Origin: Terriglobia bacterium
GTDB taxonomy: Bacteria > Acidobacteriota > Terriglobia > Terriglobales > Acidobacteriaceae
Direction: 5' to 3'
DNA: 64,000 nt
NCBI GenBank assembly: GCA_020072585.1
Contig: JAIQGL010000006.1
Coordinates: 101,808-165,807 of the forward strand
Part shown: piece by piece, positions 35,743 to 44,311 of the stretch
How the letters are laid out: the number at the start of each line of letters is the position of its first letter
How positions within the stretch are numbered: the stretch's first letter is position 1
Notes under the pieces: model-generated
What the model saw: only the letters and a program-made list of their open reading frames with translations
Database searches by the model: none
What the model was told of the DNA's origin: nothing
Made by a program: the position numbers and the translations under genes

Positions 35743-38331
35743 TCATCCTTCGTTTTGTGTCGCCCGCCTCGATGGATCATCCGCATGTCTCTGCGGTCCC
35801 TTGCCCTTAAACCACAATGACCCGCCGTGCTCACGGAACGTCGTCGGCGCGGAAGGATCGCTGCCTCGCGTCATCTCCAGCGATTTCTTTTCGCCATGTT
35901 TCGCTTTGAGCGCCGCCAGCACGCGCTCCGGCGTAAACGGAGATTCCCGCATCCGCACTCCCACTGCGTCATAAATCGCGTTAGCGATCGCCGGGATCGT
36001 CGCCGCCAGTGAGCCTTCACTCGCCTCTTTCGCGCCGAACGGCCCTTCCGGGTCCACCGACTCAACAATGATGCATTCCACTTCTGGCGACTCCGTGGCC
36101 GAAGGCGATTTGTACTCCAGCATTCCCGGATTCATCAGCAAGCCGTCTTTCCACACCATCTCTTCTTGCAGCGCCTGGCCCATCCCCATCCACACTGAGC
36201 CAATCACCTGGCCTTCCACGGAAACCGGGTTCAGCGCCCGCCCGCAATCGTGCGCCGCCCAAACTTTGTGGACTTTCACCTCGCCGGTCTCCTCGTCGAC
36301 GCTGACTTCTGCCACCTGCGCCGAATACGAATACGCCGGTGACGGCCCCACGCCCGCGCCTTTGAACGCTCCGCCGCGCGCATCTTTGGGTGGTGCGTAG
36401 GATCCCGTTCCCGTAAGTGCGCCGGTGAAGTCGATCGCCGAGACCACCGCCTCTTCAAAGCTCATACTGTCCTTGGGGCCTTCTTCTTTGCGCTTCTGCT
36501 GCAACGATCCACGCAGCGTCTGCCCTTCCACCCGTCCGGAGACCTCTTTCACGTTGCCGCCTGGCGGATCGGCTTTTGTCGCATGCTCCGCGCCCGCGCC
36601 GTTGGTTGCCGGCGATGCTGTACCCCGCTTCCACACGCTGTCATCGCGCATCATCACGTCTTCCGGCGCACAGTTCATCTTGATCGCTGCCGCGGCAACA
36701 ATCTTCTTTTTCACGTCCTGCGCTGAGCGCAGTGACGCGTTGCCGTTCATAAAGGTCACGCGGCTGGAGTAGGAGCCAATATCGATCGGGGTCAGGTCCG
36801 TGTCGGCGGCAATTACCCGGATACGCCCCATCGTGATGCCTAGCACCTCGGCCACAATCTGCGCCACCATCGTGTCCGATCCCTGGCCAATGTCTGACGC
36901 GCCGGTATACACCACCACGCCACCATCGCGGTCAATCTTGATGTTCACTGTGGAATGCGGCATGTCTGAACGAATAATGCTGTTCGCCGCGCCGCTCACA
37001 TAATGACTGCACGCCATGCCCATGCCGCGCGCCGGCGGAAGCTTGCTGCGTCGCTCGCGCCATCCTGAACGTCTCACAACTTGGTCAATGCATTCCGGCA
37101 AGCCATAACTCTGCACCCGCAGGTTGTTCACCGTAATACACGGCGGCTTCAGCAGATTGATCCGCCGAATCTCTGCCGGATCAATGTCCAGTTTCGCCGC
37201 AATCTCATCCAGTTGCGATTCAAACGCAAACCGCACATTCACCGTGCCGTGACCGCGCATCGCGCCGCACGCCGGCTTGTTCGTCAGCACGCGATAGCCG
37301 TCATAACGAATATTCGGAATGTCATACAGCGCGCCCAGCAGCGCGCCAGAATAAAGGATCGTCACCACGCCGTAAGAACAATATGCGCCGCCATCCTGAA
37401 TCACCTTCGCCGCAACGGAAGTCAGATGGCCGTCTTTCTTCGCGCCGATCTTCATATCAATAATCGTGCGCGGACGCCCGCGATGCGCCCAGAAAACTTC
37501 TTCCCGCGTATAGGTGATCTTCACCGGCGCTTCGGCTTTGCGCGCCGCCACCGCGGCAATAATCTCCAGCGGAATCACTTCGCTCTTGCCGCCAAACCCG
37601 CCGCCCACCAGCGGCTTGATCACGCGTATCTGCTGCATCGGCATCTCCAGCACAATGGAGAGCTTGTGCTGCAGATAGTAAGGCACCTGGGTGGACGACC
37701 ACACCGTCAGCCGCCCCGGCTGGCCGCTCTGCGAATCAATCTCAAATGAAGCCAGAGTGCAGTGTGGCTCCATCGCCGCATGCGTTACCTCGCCGGCAAT
37801 GTAGCGATGCTCCATCACCACATCGGCTTCGGCAAAACCTTTGTCCGGATCTCCAAAAACATGGTGGTAGTCTTTCTCAATATTGTTGGGCCGCTGCGGA
37901 TGGATCCAGTCTTTTTCCGCCTTCATCGAGTCTTCCGGATCGAACCACGCCGGCAGTTGCTCATACTCAACGTCAATCAACTCCAGCGCACGCTCGGCAA
38001 TCGACTCTGACGTGGCCACCACGCAGGCAACGTTGTCGCCCACGTAACGGACTTTCTCCACTGCCAGCGCCGTTTCGTCATGCCCGACAGGCAGAATGCC
38101 GTACTTGTTCGGCGCGTCCGGACCGGTCACCACGCAGACCACGCCCTCCATCGCTTCGGCCTTGGAGGTATCAATCTTCTTGATCCGCGCATGCGGATAC
38201 GGTGAATGTAGGATTTTGCCTGTCAGCATCCCCGGCAGTGACAAGTCGTCAGCATACTTGCCCTGGCCGGTAGTCTTGCCCGCCGAGTCAACGAGGGCAA
38301 CGCGTTTCCCGATGATAGAGAATTCAGACAT
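35743..38331 (-). CDS. Xanthine-dehydrogenase-family molybdopterin-binding large subunit (HcrA-like)
   Basis: GGGFGGK motif, aldehyde-oxidase/XDH a/b hammerhead and Moco domains. 862 aa, including a ~50 aa low-complexity insertion and a ~50 aa C-terminal tail. Confidence 0.9.
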   Translation of the reverse strand: MSEFSIIGKRVALVDSAGKTTGQGKYADDLSLPGMLTGKILHSPYPHARIKKIDTSKAEAMEGVVCVVTGPDAPNKYGILPVGHDETALAVEKVRYVGDNVACVVATSESIAERALELIDVEYEQLPAWFDPEDSMKAEKDWIHPQRPNNIEKDYHHVFGDPDKGFAEADVVMEHRYIAGEVTHAAMEPHCTLASFEIDSQSGQPGRLTVWSSTQVPYYLQHKLSIVLEMPMQQIRVIKPLVGGGFGGKSEVIPLEIIAAVAARKAEAPVKITYTREEVFWAHRGRPRTIIDMKIGAKKDGHLTSVAAKVIQDGGAYCSYGVVTILYSGALLGALYDIPNIRYDGYRVLTNKPACGAMRGHGTVNVRFAFESQLDEIAAKLDIDPAEIRRINLLKPPCITVNNLRVQSYGLPECIDQVVRRSGWRERRSKLPPARGMGMACSHYVSGAANSIIRSDMPHSTVNIKIDRDGGVVVYTGASDIGQGSDTMVAQIVAEVLGITMGRIRVIAADTDLTPIDIGSYSSRVTFMNGNASLRSAQDVKKKIVAAAAIKMNCAPEDVMMRDDSVWKRGTASPATNGAGAEHATKADPPGGNVKEVSGRVEGQTLRGSLQQKRKEEGPKDSMSFEEAVVSAIDFTGALTGTGSYAPPKDARGGAFKGAGVGPSPAYSYSAQVAEVSVDEETGEVKVHKVWAAHDCGRALNPVSVEGQVIGSVWMGMGQALQEEMVWKDGLLMNPGMLEYKSPSATESPEVECIIVESVDPEGPFGAKEASEGSLAATIPAIANAIYDAVGVRMRESPFTPERVLAALKAKHGEKKSLEMTRGSDPSAPTTFREHGGSLWFKGKGPQRHADDPSRRATQNEG

Positions 38332-38383
38332 TTTTCCGAAGTCCCGAACGCGCGGTTTTTGCGCGTGAGGGATCCCTATTCCC
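38332..38383. repeat. Family-1 solo left arm with expanded central hairpin
   Basis: TTTTCCGAAGTCCCGAACGCGCGGTTTTTGCGCGTGAGGGATCCCTATTCCC. No matching right arm lies before the next gene. Confidence 0.8.
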
Positions 38384-38424
38384 TTCCAAGCTGCTAGCCA
38401 CTAGATCGCAGCGCTTCTTGAGCC

Positions 38425-38495
38425 CTCTGTGCTCTCCGCCTCTTCTGTGGTTCAACTCTTTCGTCTTTGCGTCCTTCGCGCCCTTGCGGTGAACC
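38425..38495. repeat. Composite ~72-bp repeat unit, copy 1
   Basis: CTCTGTGCTCTCCGCCTCTTCTGTGGTTCAAC...TTTGCGTCCTTCGCGCCCTTGCGGTGAACC aligns with 39132..39204. Confidence 0.8.
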
Positions 38496-38515
38496 GGTTT
38501 TCCGATCACGCGCGA

Positions 38516-39019
38516 TCACCCGATCACCCGATTCTTCTGTTCGGCCTCAATCGCCGCCTTAATCGCCTGATACATCTGCGTATATCCGGTGCAACGGCAC
38601 AGGTTTCCGCTCAATGCGTGGCGAATGTCTTCTTCCGTCGGATCAGGATTGCGGTCCAGCAGCGCTTTCACCGTGATCATAAAGCCCGGCGTGCAGTAGC
38701 CGCACTGCGCGCCACCCCAGTCGCCGTAAGCTTTTTGGATCGCAGCCAGCGCGCCGTGCTCCGCTATACCTTCAACCGTCGTGACTTCCTGTGTGCCCCG
38801 CTCGTCAGCCGCGCAGCTCATGGCCAGCATGGTGCAGCTCAGCGTGGGAACGCCATCCACCAACACGGTACATGCCCCGCATGAGGAATCGTCGCACCCG
38901 CGTTTTGATCCGGTAAGGTCCAGCTCCTGGCGCAGAACGTCCAGCAGCAGTTCGCTTGGCTCAATCGCCAGCTCGTGGCTGCGGCCGTTCACGCGGAGTT
39001 CAATGAGTTCTTTTTTCAT
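38516..39019 (-). CDS. Xanthine-dehydrogenase-family [2Fe-2S] small subunit (HcrC-like)
   Basis: GCDDSSCGACTV plant-type cluster motif plus CGYCTPG and NLCRCTGY second cluster motifs. Confidence 0.9.
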   Translation of the reverse strand: MKKELIELRVNGRSHELAIEPSELLLDVLRQELDLTGSKRGCDDSSCGACTVLVDGVPTLSCTMLAMSCAADERGTQEVTTVEGIAEHGALAAIQKAYGDWGGAQCGYCTPGFMITVKALLDRNPDPTEEDIRHALSGNLCRCTGYTQMYQAIKAAIEAEQKNRVIG

Positions 39020-39131
39020 CAGATACCAAAAAACTGTTCGGCGTCAGCCTGTTCCCAATATTCGAACGGACGTTCGTTAATGCCGATACAAGAATACACG
39101 CTCGCCCCTTGTTCTTGCCACTCAGGGTTTG

Positions 39132-39204
39132 CTCTGCGCTCTCGGACGTCCTCTGCGGTTCAATCTTCATGCCTTTTGCATACTTCGCGTCCTTTGCGGT
39201 GAAC
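39132..39204. repeat. Composite ~72-bp repeat unit, copy 2
   Basis: CTCTGCGCTCTCGGACGTCCTCTGCGGTTCAATC...TTTGCATACTTCGCGTCCTTTGCGGTGAACG. Confidence 0.8.
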
Positions 39205-39207
39205 GTT

Positions 39208-40137
39208 TCAGTACCCAAAGTCCGTCTTCTCCGCATAAGCATGCCGTTTCACGCCCAACTCTTCCACTCTCGCCACGCCTAGCTGCTTCGCGTACTCATT
39301 GCGATCAGCCACGCCGTTCACCCAGCGCTGTACCCAGGCATTGAAATCACCCTGGGTCTTGGTTTCCGCGTGGTACTGCTGGAAGAAGGCATCGTCGCGC
39401 TTGTTATAGCCTTGCACCGGTGAAGGATGCGCGCCCAGCGGGCACTCCACTACCGCTGTCACCAGAAAACCGGGAATCACTGTCCGGTTCGGATCGCTCG
39501 CAATCACATCTTCATCCACAATCTCTTCCGCGCACACGATTACTTTTTTCGCCGCGCGCACTCCCTCCAGCATCACGCCGAAGTTTCCCCAGCAATGCGC
39601 ATTGCCATGCTTGTCCGCCCGTTGTAAATGAACAACGGTCACGTCCGGCACAAGCGCGCGCACGGCCAGCAGCGTCTCTTTTGGCTCAAACGGAGAGATG
39701 ATCTGGTAGAAAAAATGATTTCCCTTGGGTACATCGCTGCCCATGGCGGTCCGCGTCGGCAGGAATGTCACGCCCATGGCGCCCGCCTGCAACGCCAGCG
39801 CCAGCGTAAAGTTGGTCATATCAAAGACGCGCAGCTTCTCGCCCGGAGTGCCTGGATTCTCAACCTCGGTGGCGTGGCGAAAGTTGTACGCCGAGCCCAT
39901 CATCACGTTGCCTACCCACGCCGCTACCACGTCTTTCACGCATCCGGCGCCAATGAGCTGGTCAAACAGAATGTCGGAGATCGGGCCAATCAGCCGCAGC
40001 TCTTTCTTTTTCTGGCGGATAATCTCATGCCCCGCGGCAAACGGAATCATCTGCTCCATCTGCAGGCCAAGCGCAACACTCGAGCCGTCAGAAACGTGCT
40101 CTGCGACCGCCTGCCGCATTGTCAGAACCTTAGACAC
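39208..40137 (-). CDS. Family I CoA-transferase subunit A (glutaconate CoA-transferase GctA-like)
   Basis: 309 aa. N-terminal MSKVLTMRQAVAEHVSDGSSVAL and overall glutaconate-type alpha-subunit pattern. Confidence 0.75.
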   Translation of the reverse strand: MSKVLTMRQAVAEHVSDGSSVALGLQMEQMIPFAAGHEIIRQKKKELRLIGPISDILFDQLIGAGCVKDVVAAWVGNVMMGSAYNFRHATEVENPGTPGEKLRVFDMTNFTLALALQAGAMGVTFLPTRTAMGSDVPKGNHFFYQIISPFEPKETLLAVRALVPDVTVVHLQRADKHGNAHCWGNFGVMLEGVRAAKKVIVCAEEIVDEDVIASDPNRTVIPGFLVTAVVECPLGAHPSPVQGYNKRDDAFFQQYHAETKTQGDFNAWVQRWVNGVADRNEYAKQLGVARVEELGVKRHAYAEKTDFGY

Positions 40138-40361
40138 CTGCCCCCATCCCGTTCAACCCCGAAAAATATAGGACTTACACGAATCAACCCCGGGGTTAAG
40201 TGGTCAATCCCCTGCGTCGTGCCACAAATCCGGGGCGCTGCTTGATTCAGAATCGAATTCACCACAGCAGCCCAAAGAAAGCTATAAACGATTGAATTGA
40301 AACGACTTATAGTAGCAAAAAGTGCTTGCAAAGTCAACCGGAATGATATGCTTCTAACAAA

Positions 40362-41513
40362 ATGAAACGTCTTCGCCTGGCTCTCCTGATTGTCGCCGCG
40401 ATCCTCCTTGTGGTCTTTTTCCTTGTTCCGTCCATTGTTGAAAGCCGGGTGAACAAGGTGCTGAAATCGCCACACTCCCAGCCTTCCGCTGGGGCAGAAG
40501 AGCTGCACAAAAGGCTCATCGTCGCCGACCTCCATGCCGACAGCCTGCTCTGGAGCCGCAACCTGCTCAAGCAATCCAGCCGTGGCCATGTTGACCTGCC
40601 TCGCCTCGCCGATGGCAACGTTTCCATCCAGGCATTTACGGTGGTCACTACCGCACCGCGCAAGCTCAACATTTATCGGAACTCTGACTCGACGGACCTG
40701 ATCCGCTATATCGCGATGTTTGAAGGCTGGCCGCCACCCACATGGAGCAGCCCCAGGCAGCGCGCGCTATATCAGGCGGCGCGGCTCCACAAATTCGCGG
40801 CTGATTCCAAAGGCATGCTGGTCATAATCCAATCGAGCATGCAGTTGGAGAATTTTCTGGCCACCCGCCAGCCCGGCCAGGTTGCCGGGTTCCTGGGCTC
40901 CGAAGGTGCACAGCCTCTTGAAAGCAATCTGGCCAATCTCGACGAACTCTACTCCGCCGGCTTCCGCATGATGGCCCCCACCCACTTCACTGACACCGCA
41001 GTCGCTGGCTCGGCGGCAGGCATGAGCAAGGCTGGTCTTACCGCGCTCGGCCGCGATTGGGTGCATGCGATGGAGGACCATCACATGCTGATTGATCTGG
41101 CGCACGCTTCTCCCGCTACGCTGCGCGACGTCACCGCAATGGCCACGCGTCCGCTGATCGTCTCGCACACGGGCGTGAAGGGCACATGCAACAACCCGCG
41201 CAACCTCTCAGACGATGAGTTGCGCGCGGTCGCCAGCACTGGCGGAGTCGTCGGCATTGGTCTCTGGGACACCGCGACCTGCGGCACAGACGCTCGCGCC
41301 ACGGCCCGCGCCATCCGCTATGCCGTCAACGTCATTGGTGTTAATCACGTAGCGCTCGGCTCCGACTTCGACGGCGGCATCACGGCTCCGTTCGACTCGA
41401 GCGGCTGGGCCCTGCTCACTGACGCATTGCTCAAAGAAGGCTTCTCCGAACAGGACATTCACAAGATCATGGGTGAAAACGTGGTGCGGGTGCTGCTGGA
41501 AGTGTTCCCCTAA
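40362..41513 (+). CDS. Membrane-anchored M19 (renal-type) dipeptidase
   Basis: N-terminal TM helix. DLHADSLLW, HFTDT, DLAHAS, VSHTGV and ALGSDFDG metal-ligand motifs. Confidence 0.85.
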   Translation: MKRLRLALLIVAAILLVVFFLVPSIVESRVNKVLKSPHSQPSAGAEELHKRLIVADLHADSLLWSRNLLKQSSRGHVDLPRLADGNVSIQAFTVVTTAPRKLNIYRNSDSTDLIRYIAMFEGWPPPTWSSPRQRALYQAARLHKFAADSKGMLVIIQSSMQLENFLATRQPGQVAGFLGSEGAQPLESNLANLDELYSAGFRMMAPTHFTDTAVAGSAAGMSKAGLTALGRDWVHAMEDHHMLIDLAHASPATLRDVTAMATRPLIVSHTGVKGTCNNPRNLSDDELRAVASTGGVVGIGLWDTATCGTDARATARAIRYAVNVIGVNHVALGSDFDGGITAPFDSSGWALLTDALLKEGFSEQDIHKIMGENVVRVLLEVFP

Positions 41514-41716
41514 CATCCCGAGCGGAGCGAGGGAACCCTACGGCCAGAAGGATCTCTCCTGCCGCCGTGGCGCGATTTAGGTGGGAAATAGGCTGGAAGG
41601 GCTTTGCGTTGCCTTATTAGAAGACGGTAGTATTTTCTAAATCGTCATAGCCAACAGTCTGGAAAACAGTAGGGCTCCCTCACCGCAAAATCAGCGGTTC
41701 GGGATTTCAGAGAAAC
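41513..41716. repeat. Family-1 inverted-repeat element (both arms; right arm with expanded hairpin)
   Basis: Left arm ACATCCCGAGCGGAGCGAGGGAACCCTACGG. Right arm AGTAGGGCTCCCTCACCGCAAAATCAGCGGTTCGGGATTTCAGAGAAAC. Confidence 0.85.
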
Positions 41717-42508
41717 TCATTTTCCCCTCCACACCGGCTTTCTCTTTTCCATCCACGCCGCGATCCCCTCTTGCGCGTCCTCCGTCTGCATCAACTCTTC
41801 CAGATAAATCTTTTCCGCGCGCGCCAGCCCCTTGTCCAGATGCATTGAGTCCCACGCATAGAACGCTTTCTTGGCCACCGCCAGCGCCGCCGGGCTTAGC
41901 TTCAACAGGTGATCGACTGTCCGCTGAATCGCCTCCTGCAACTCGCCTTCAGGATGCGCTTCATTCGCCAATCCCAATGCCGCAGCCTCTTCCCCGCTGA
42001 ATGTGCGTCCGGTAAAGACCAACTCGGCAGCCCGTTTCTGCCCCACCAGCGCGGCCAGGGCCGTGCACGCCACCGGCGGATAACATCCCAGCGTGATTTC
42101 GGGAAATCCCCACTTGGCTTTTTCGGTGGTGTACGCCATATCGCATATCATGGCCAGCTCCGCCCCGCCGCCCAAACAAACGCCATGGACCTCGGCAATC
42201 GTTATCTTAGGGAACTTCACCAGCGCGCCGATCACGCCGTGAAATTTCTGCAACATGATCTGGATCTTGTCCGGCGTGTGCACCGCCACATCTACCCCGG
42301 CAGAAAAGCCGCGCTCGCCCCCACACAGAATCACGACAGAGATTTCTTTTCGCTGCTCCACTTCGCGCAACGCCGCCAGCAACTCGTCCATCATCTGGAT
42401 GTCGATGACGTTAAGAGGTGGATTGGTCAATGTGATGCGGGCAAGTGGGCCATGCGCTTCGACGGCAATGCGCTTCGGCGATGTGGCGGAGACCGGTGAT
42501 AACGCCAT
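41717..42508 (-). CDS. Enoyl-CoA hydratase/isomerase (crotonase) family protein
   Basis: ITLTNPPLNVID...FSAGVDV...GGGAELAMICD crotonase motifs. The start is set at the internal ATG 42508; the upstream extension has no homology-like character. Confidence 0.85.
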   Translation of the reverse strand: MALSPVSATSPKRIAVEAHGPLARITLTNPPLNVIDIQMMDELLAALREVEQRKEISVVILCGGERGFSAGVDVAVHTPDKIQIMLQKFHGVIGALVKFPKITIAEVHGVCLGGGAELAMICDMAYTTEKAKWGFPEITLGCYPPVACTALAALVGQKRAAELVFTGRTFSGEEAAALGLANEAHPEGELQEAIQRTVDHLLKLSPAALAVAKKAFYAWDSMHLDKGLARAEKIYLEELMQTEDAQEGIAAWMEKRKPVWRGK

Positions 42509-42769
42509 GATTTGTGTTCGCTGCGAACGCCTTAGTTTATGCATGCGCGAACGATAAAGTAAAATCAAGAGAAGAATGTCGTCCCCGAGGGCCGGCGCGC
42601 CTGAATCATCTAACGTAAGGGAGGTAGCGTCTGTTTGACACGCCAGCGTGTTATTGTGCCACACATGCCGCATATGTGCGTATTATCTCTTCCGTAACCT
42701 TGTTGCTCCTGCAGAAACCGCGATAACGTCTCTTCAGTCAGGCCGACTTTTTACCCACGGGAGCAGTAG

Positions 42770-43192
42770 ATGAGAAACAAGATTTTTGCCGCGACGTTGA
42801 GATGTACGGGAGCGCTTTTGCTCCTTTTTTTCCTGGCCGGCTGCGGCAGCAGCAACAACAACGCCTTGAATCCACAGTTTCAGCCGCAGGTCGCCAACGT
42901 GCCGGATACGTTCCAGTTCCAGTCAACTGGTGTAACCGGCGTCACGCAGAACCTGCACTATGGCTGGCAGACCAGCGGCACGGCAGCCAGCATTAACCAG
43001 GCGTCGACGCTTACGGCGGGCACAGCCACCGTCACCATCTCTGATGCGAACGGGAAAGCCGTGTATACCGGCAATCTGAGCTCGAACGGGACCTTCACGT
43101 CGGCGGCGGGAGTAGGACCAGGGCTCTGGTCCATTGATGTCGCCCTCAACGGTTACAGTGGCACGCTCAATTTTCGCGTCCAGAAGATGTAA
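42770..43192 (+). CDS. Small lipoprotein, unknown function
   Basis: Lipobox LLFFLAGCGSS. Ser/Thr/Gly/Asn-rich beta-type sequence. Confidence 0.55.
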   Translation: MRNKIFAATLRCTGALLLLFFLAGCGSSNNNALNPQFQPQVANVPDTFQFQSTGVTGVTQNLHYGWQTSGTAASINQASTLTAGTATVTISDANGKAVYTGNLSSNGTFTSAAGVGPGLWSIDVALNGYSGTLNFRVQKM

Positions 43193-43357
43193 CGGGCCAG
43201 GATGTCGTAGCGGGCTGTCCGAGTAAACGACCCAAAGAAACGCCGAGGCTTCCCCCGCCTCCGCGCTTTTTTATCGCCCCTTAATTTCGCTCCGGGATTC
43301 TCGGAAAAACAGTTCGCCGTGCCTCCACGGTGAACTCATGGTTCAGGCATTGTAGGA

Positions 43358-44110
43358 TCAACTCGTCCAGAACCCCTTGGTATCGTACTCCCGGATCGCC
43401 TTCAGCTCCGCCGCATTTGGTTCCGGTGTCGGCTTTACCTCGTCGGCGACTTTCAGCTTCCACCCGGTATTCGCCAGAACATCGTCGACGATCACGCCCG
43501 GATGCACTGTTGCCAGAAAAGCTTCGCCATCTTCCCCAAAGCGCAGCACGCATTTGGTGGTAATCACCGCCGAGGGTCCTCCGCGCGGCAGCCCCACGCG
43601 CTTCCTCCATCCCGCACCTTCCCCGTTTCCCGGACTGGTAATGTAGCTCACTTTTTCCGGCAGCCGGTGTTTGCCATGCTCCAGCAGCGAGACAAAGCGC
43701 TGCGCCATGGACGCAATATCGCATGCGCCGCCCGAGCCGGGCAGCCGCACCATGCCATTTTTGCCCTGGACCTTGGTGGAATTCAGGTTGCCGTATTTGT
43801 CTACCTCGGCGGCGCCCAGAAAGCCCAGGCTCACCCGCCCCGATTGCAGGAGGCTCATTACCTCCAGCATGCCCAGGCACTGCGTCGCGCCTTTGATGTT
43901 CGGCGGATCGGCCATTGTGTAGATAAGCTCCGGCGAGGGCGTGGATCGGATCACGCCATTTTCAAACAGGCCGATTGCATTCGGCGCGTGCGTCTTCTTT
44001 GCAACAACAAAAGCAATCAGCGGCAGCCGCATGCCGACAAAGACGACTTCGCCGTCTTTGATCTCGCGCGCCGCAGCCACCACCATGAGTTCGTTGAGTG
44101 TGTATTGCAT
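43358..44110 (-). CDS. Family I CoA-transferase subunit B (GctB-like)
   Basis: GLFENG segment carries the catalytic-Glu (S/F)ENG motif. 250 aa. Confidence 0.8.
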   Translation of the reverse strand: MQYTLNELMVVAAAREIKDGEVVFVGMRLPLIAFVVAKKTHAPNAIGLFENGVIRSTPSPELIYTMADPPNIKGATQCLGMLEVMSLLQSGRVSLGFLGAAEVDKYGNLNSTKVQGKNGMVRLPGSGGACDIASMAQRFVSLLEHGKHRLPEKVSYITSPGNGEGAGWRKRVGLPRGGPSAVITTKCVLRFGEDGEAFLATVHPGVIVDDVLANTGWKLKVADEVKPTPEPNAAELKAIREYDTKGFWTS

Positions 44111-44119
44111 TTGTTCTTT

Positions 44120-44306
44120 TTCTGCAATCCCGAATCCCGCGCGAGCTTTTTCCGCAGTCCCGAGCCTGAGCGAAGCGAACGGGAGGGATCCCTATTCCCC
44201 CGAGAATCATTTGGGAAACCAATCATAGCAAGAGTTACAAAAAGATTGAGGGAACCTCAGAGGCACTAAAGCCCATAGGGTTCCCTCGCTACGCTCGGGA
44301 TGTAAC
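44120..44306. repeat. Family-1 inverted-repeat element (composite left arm, right arm)
   Basis: Left ...TTTTTCCGCAGTCCCGAGCCTGAGCGAAGCGAACGGGAGGGATCCCTATTCCC. Right CCATAGGGTTCCCTCGCTACGCTCGGGATGTAAC. Confidence 0.85.
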
Positions 44307-44311
44307 AAAAC

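Noticed and set aside
42509-42673. N-terminal 55-aa extension of the crotonase ORF in the six-frame track
   Set aside because: The extension has no crotonase-like sequence. The internal ATG at 42508 gives the canonical MALSP...ITLTNPP start length.
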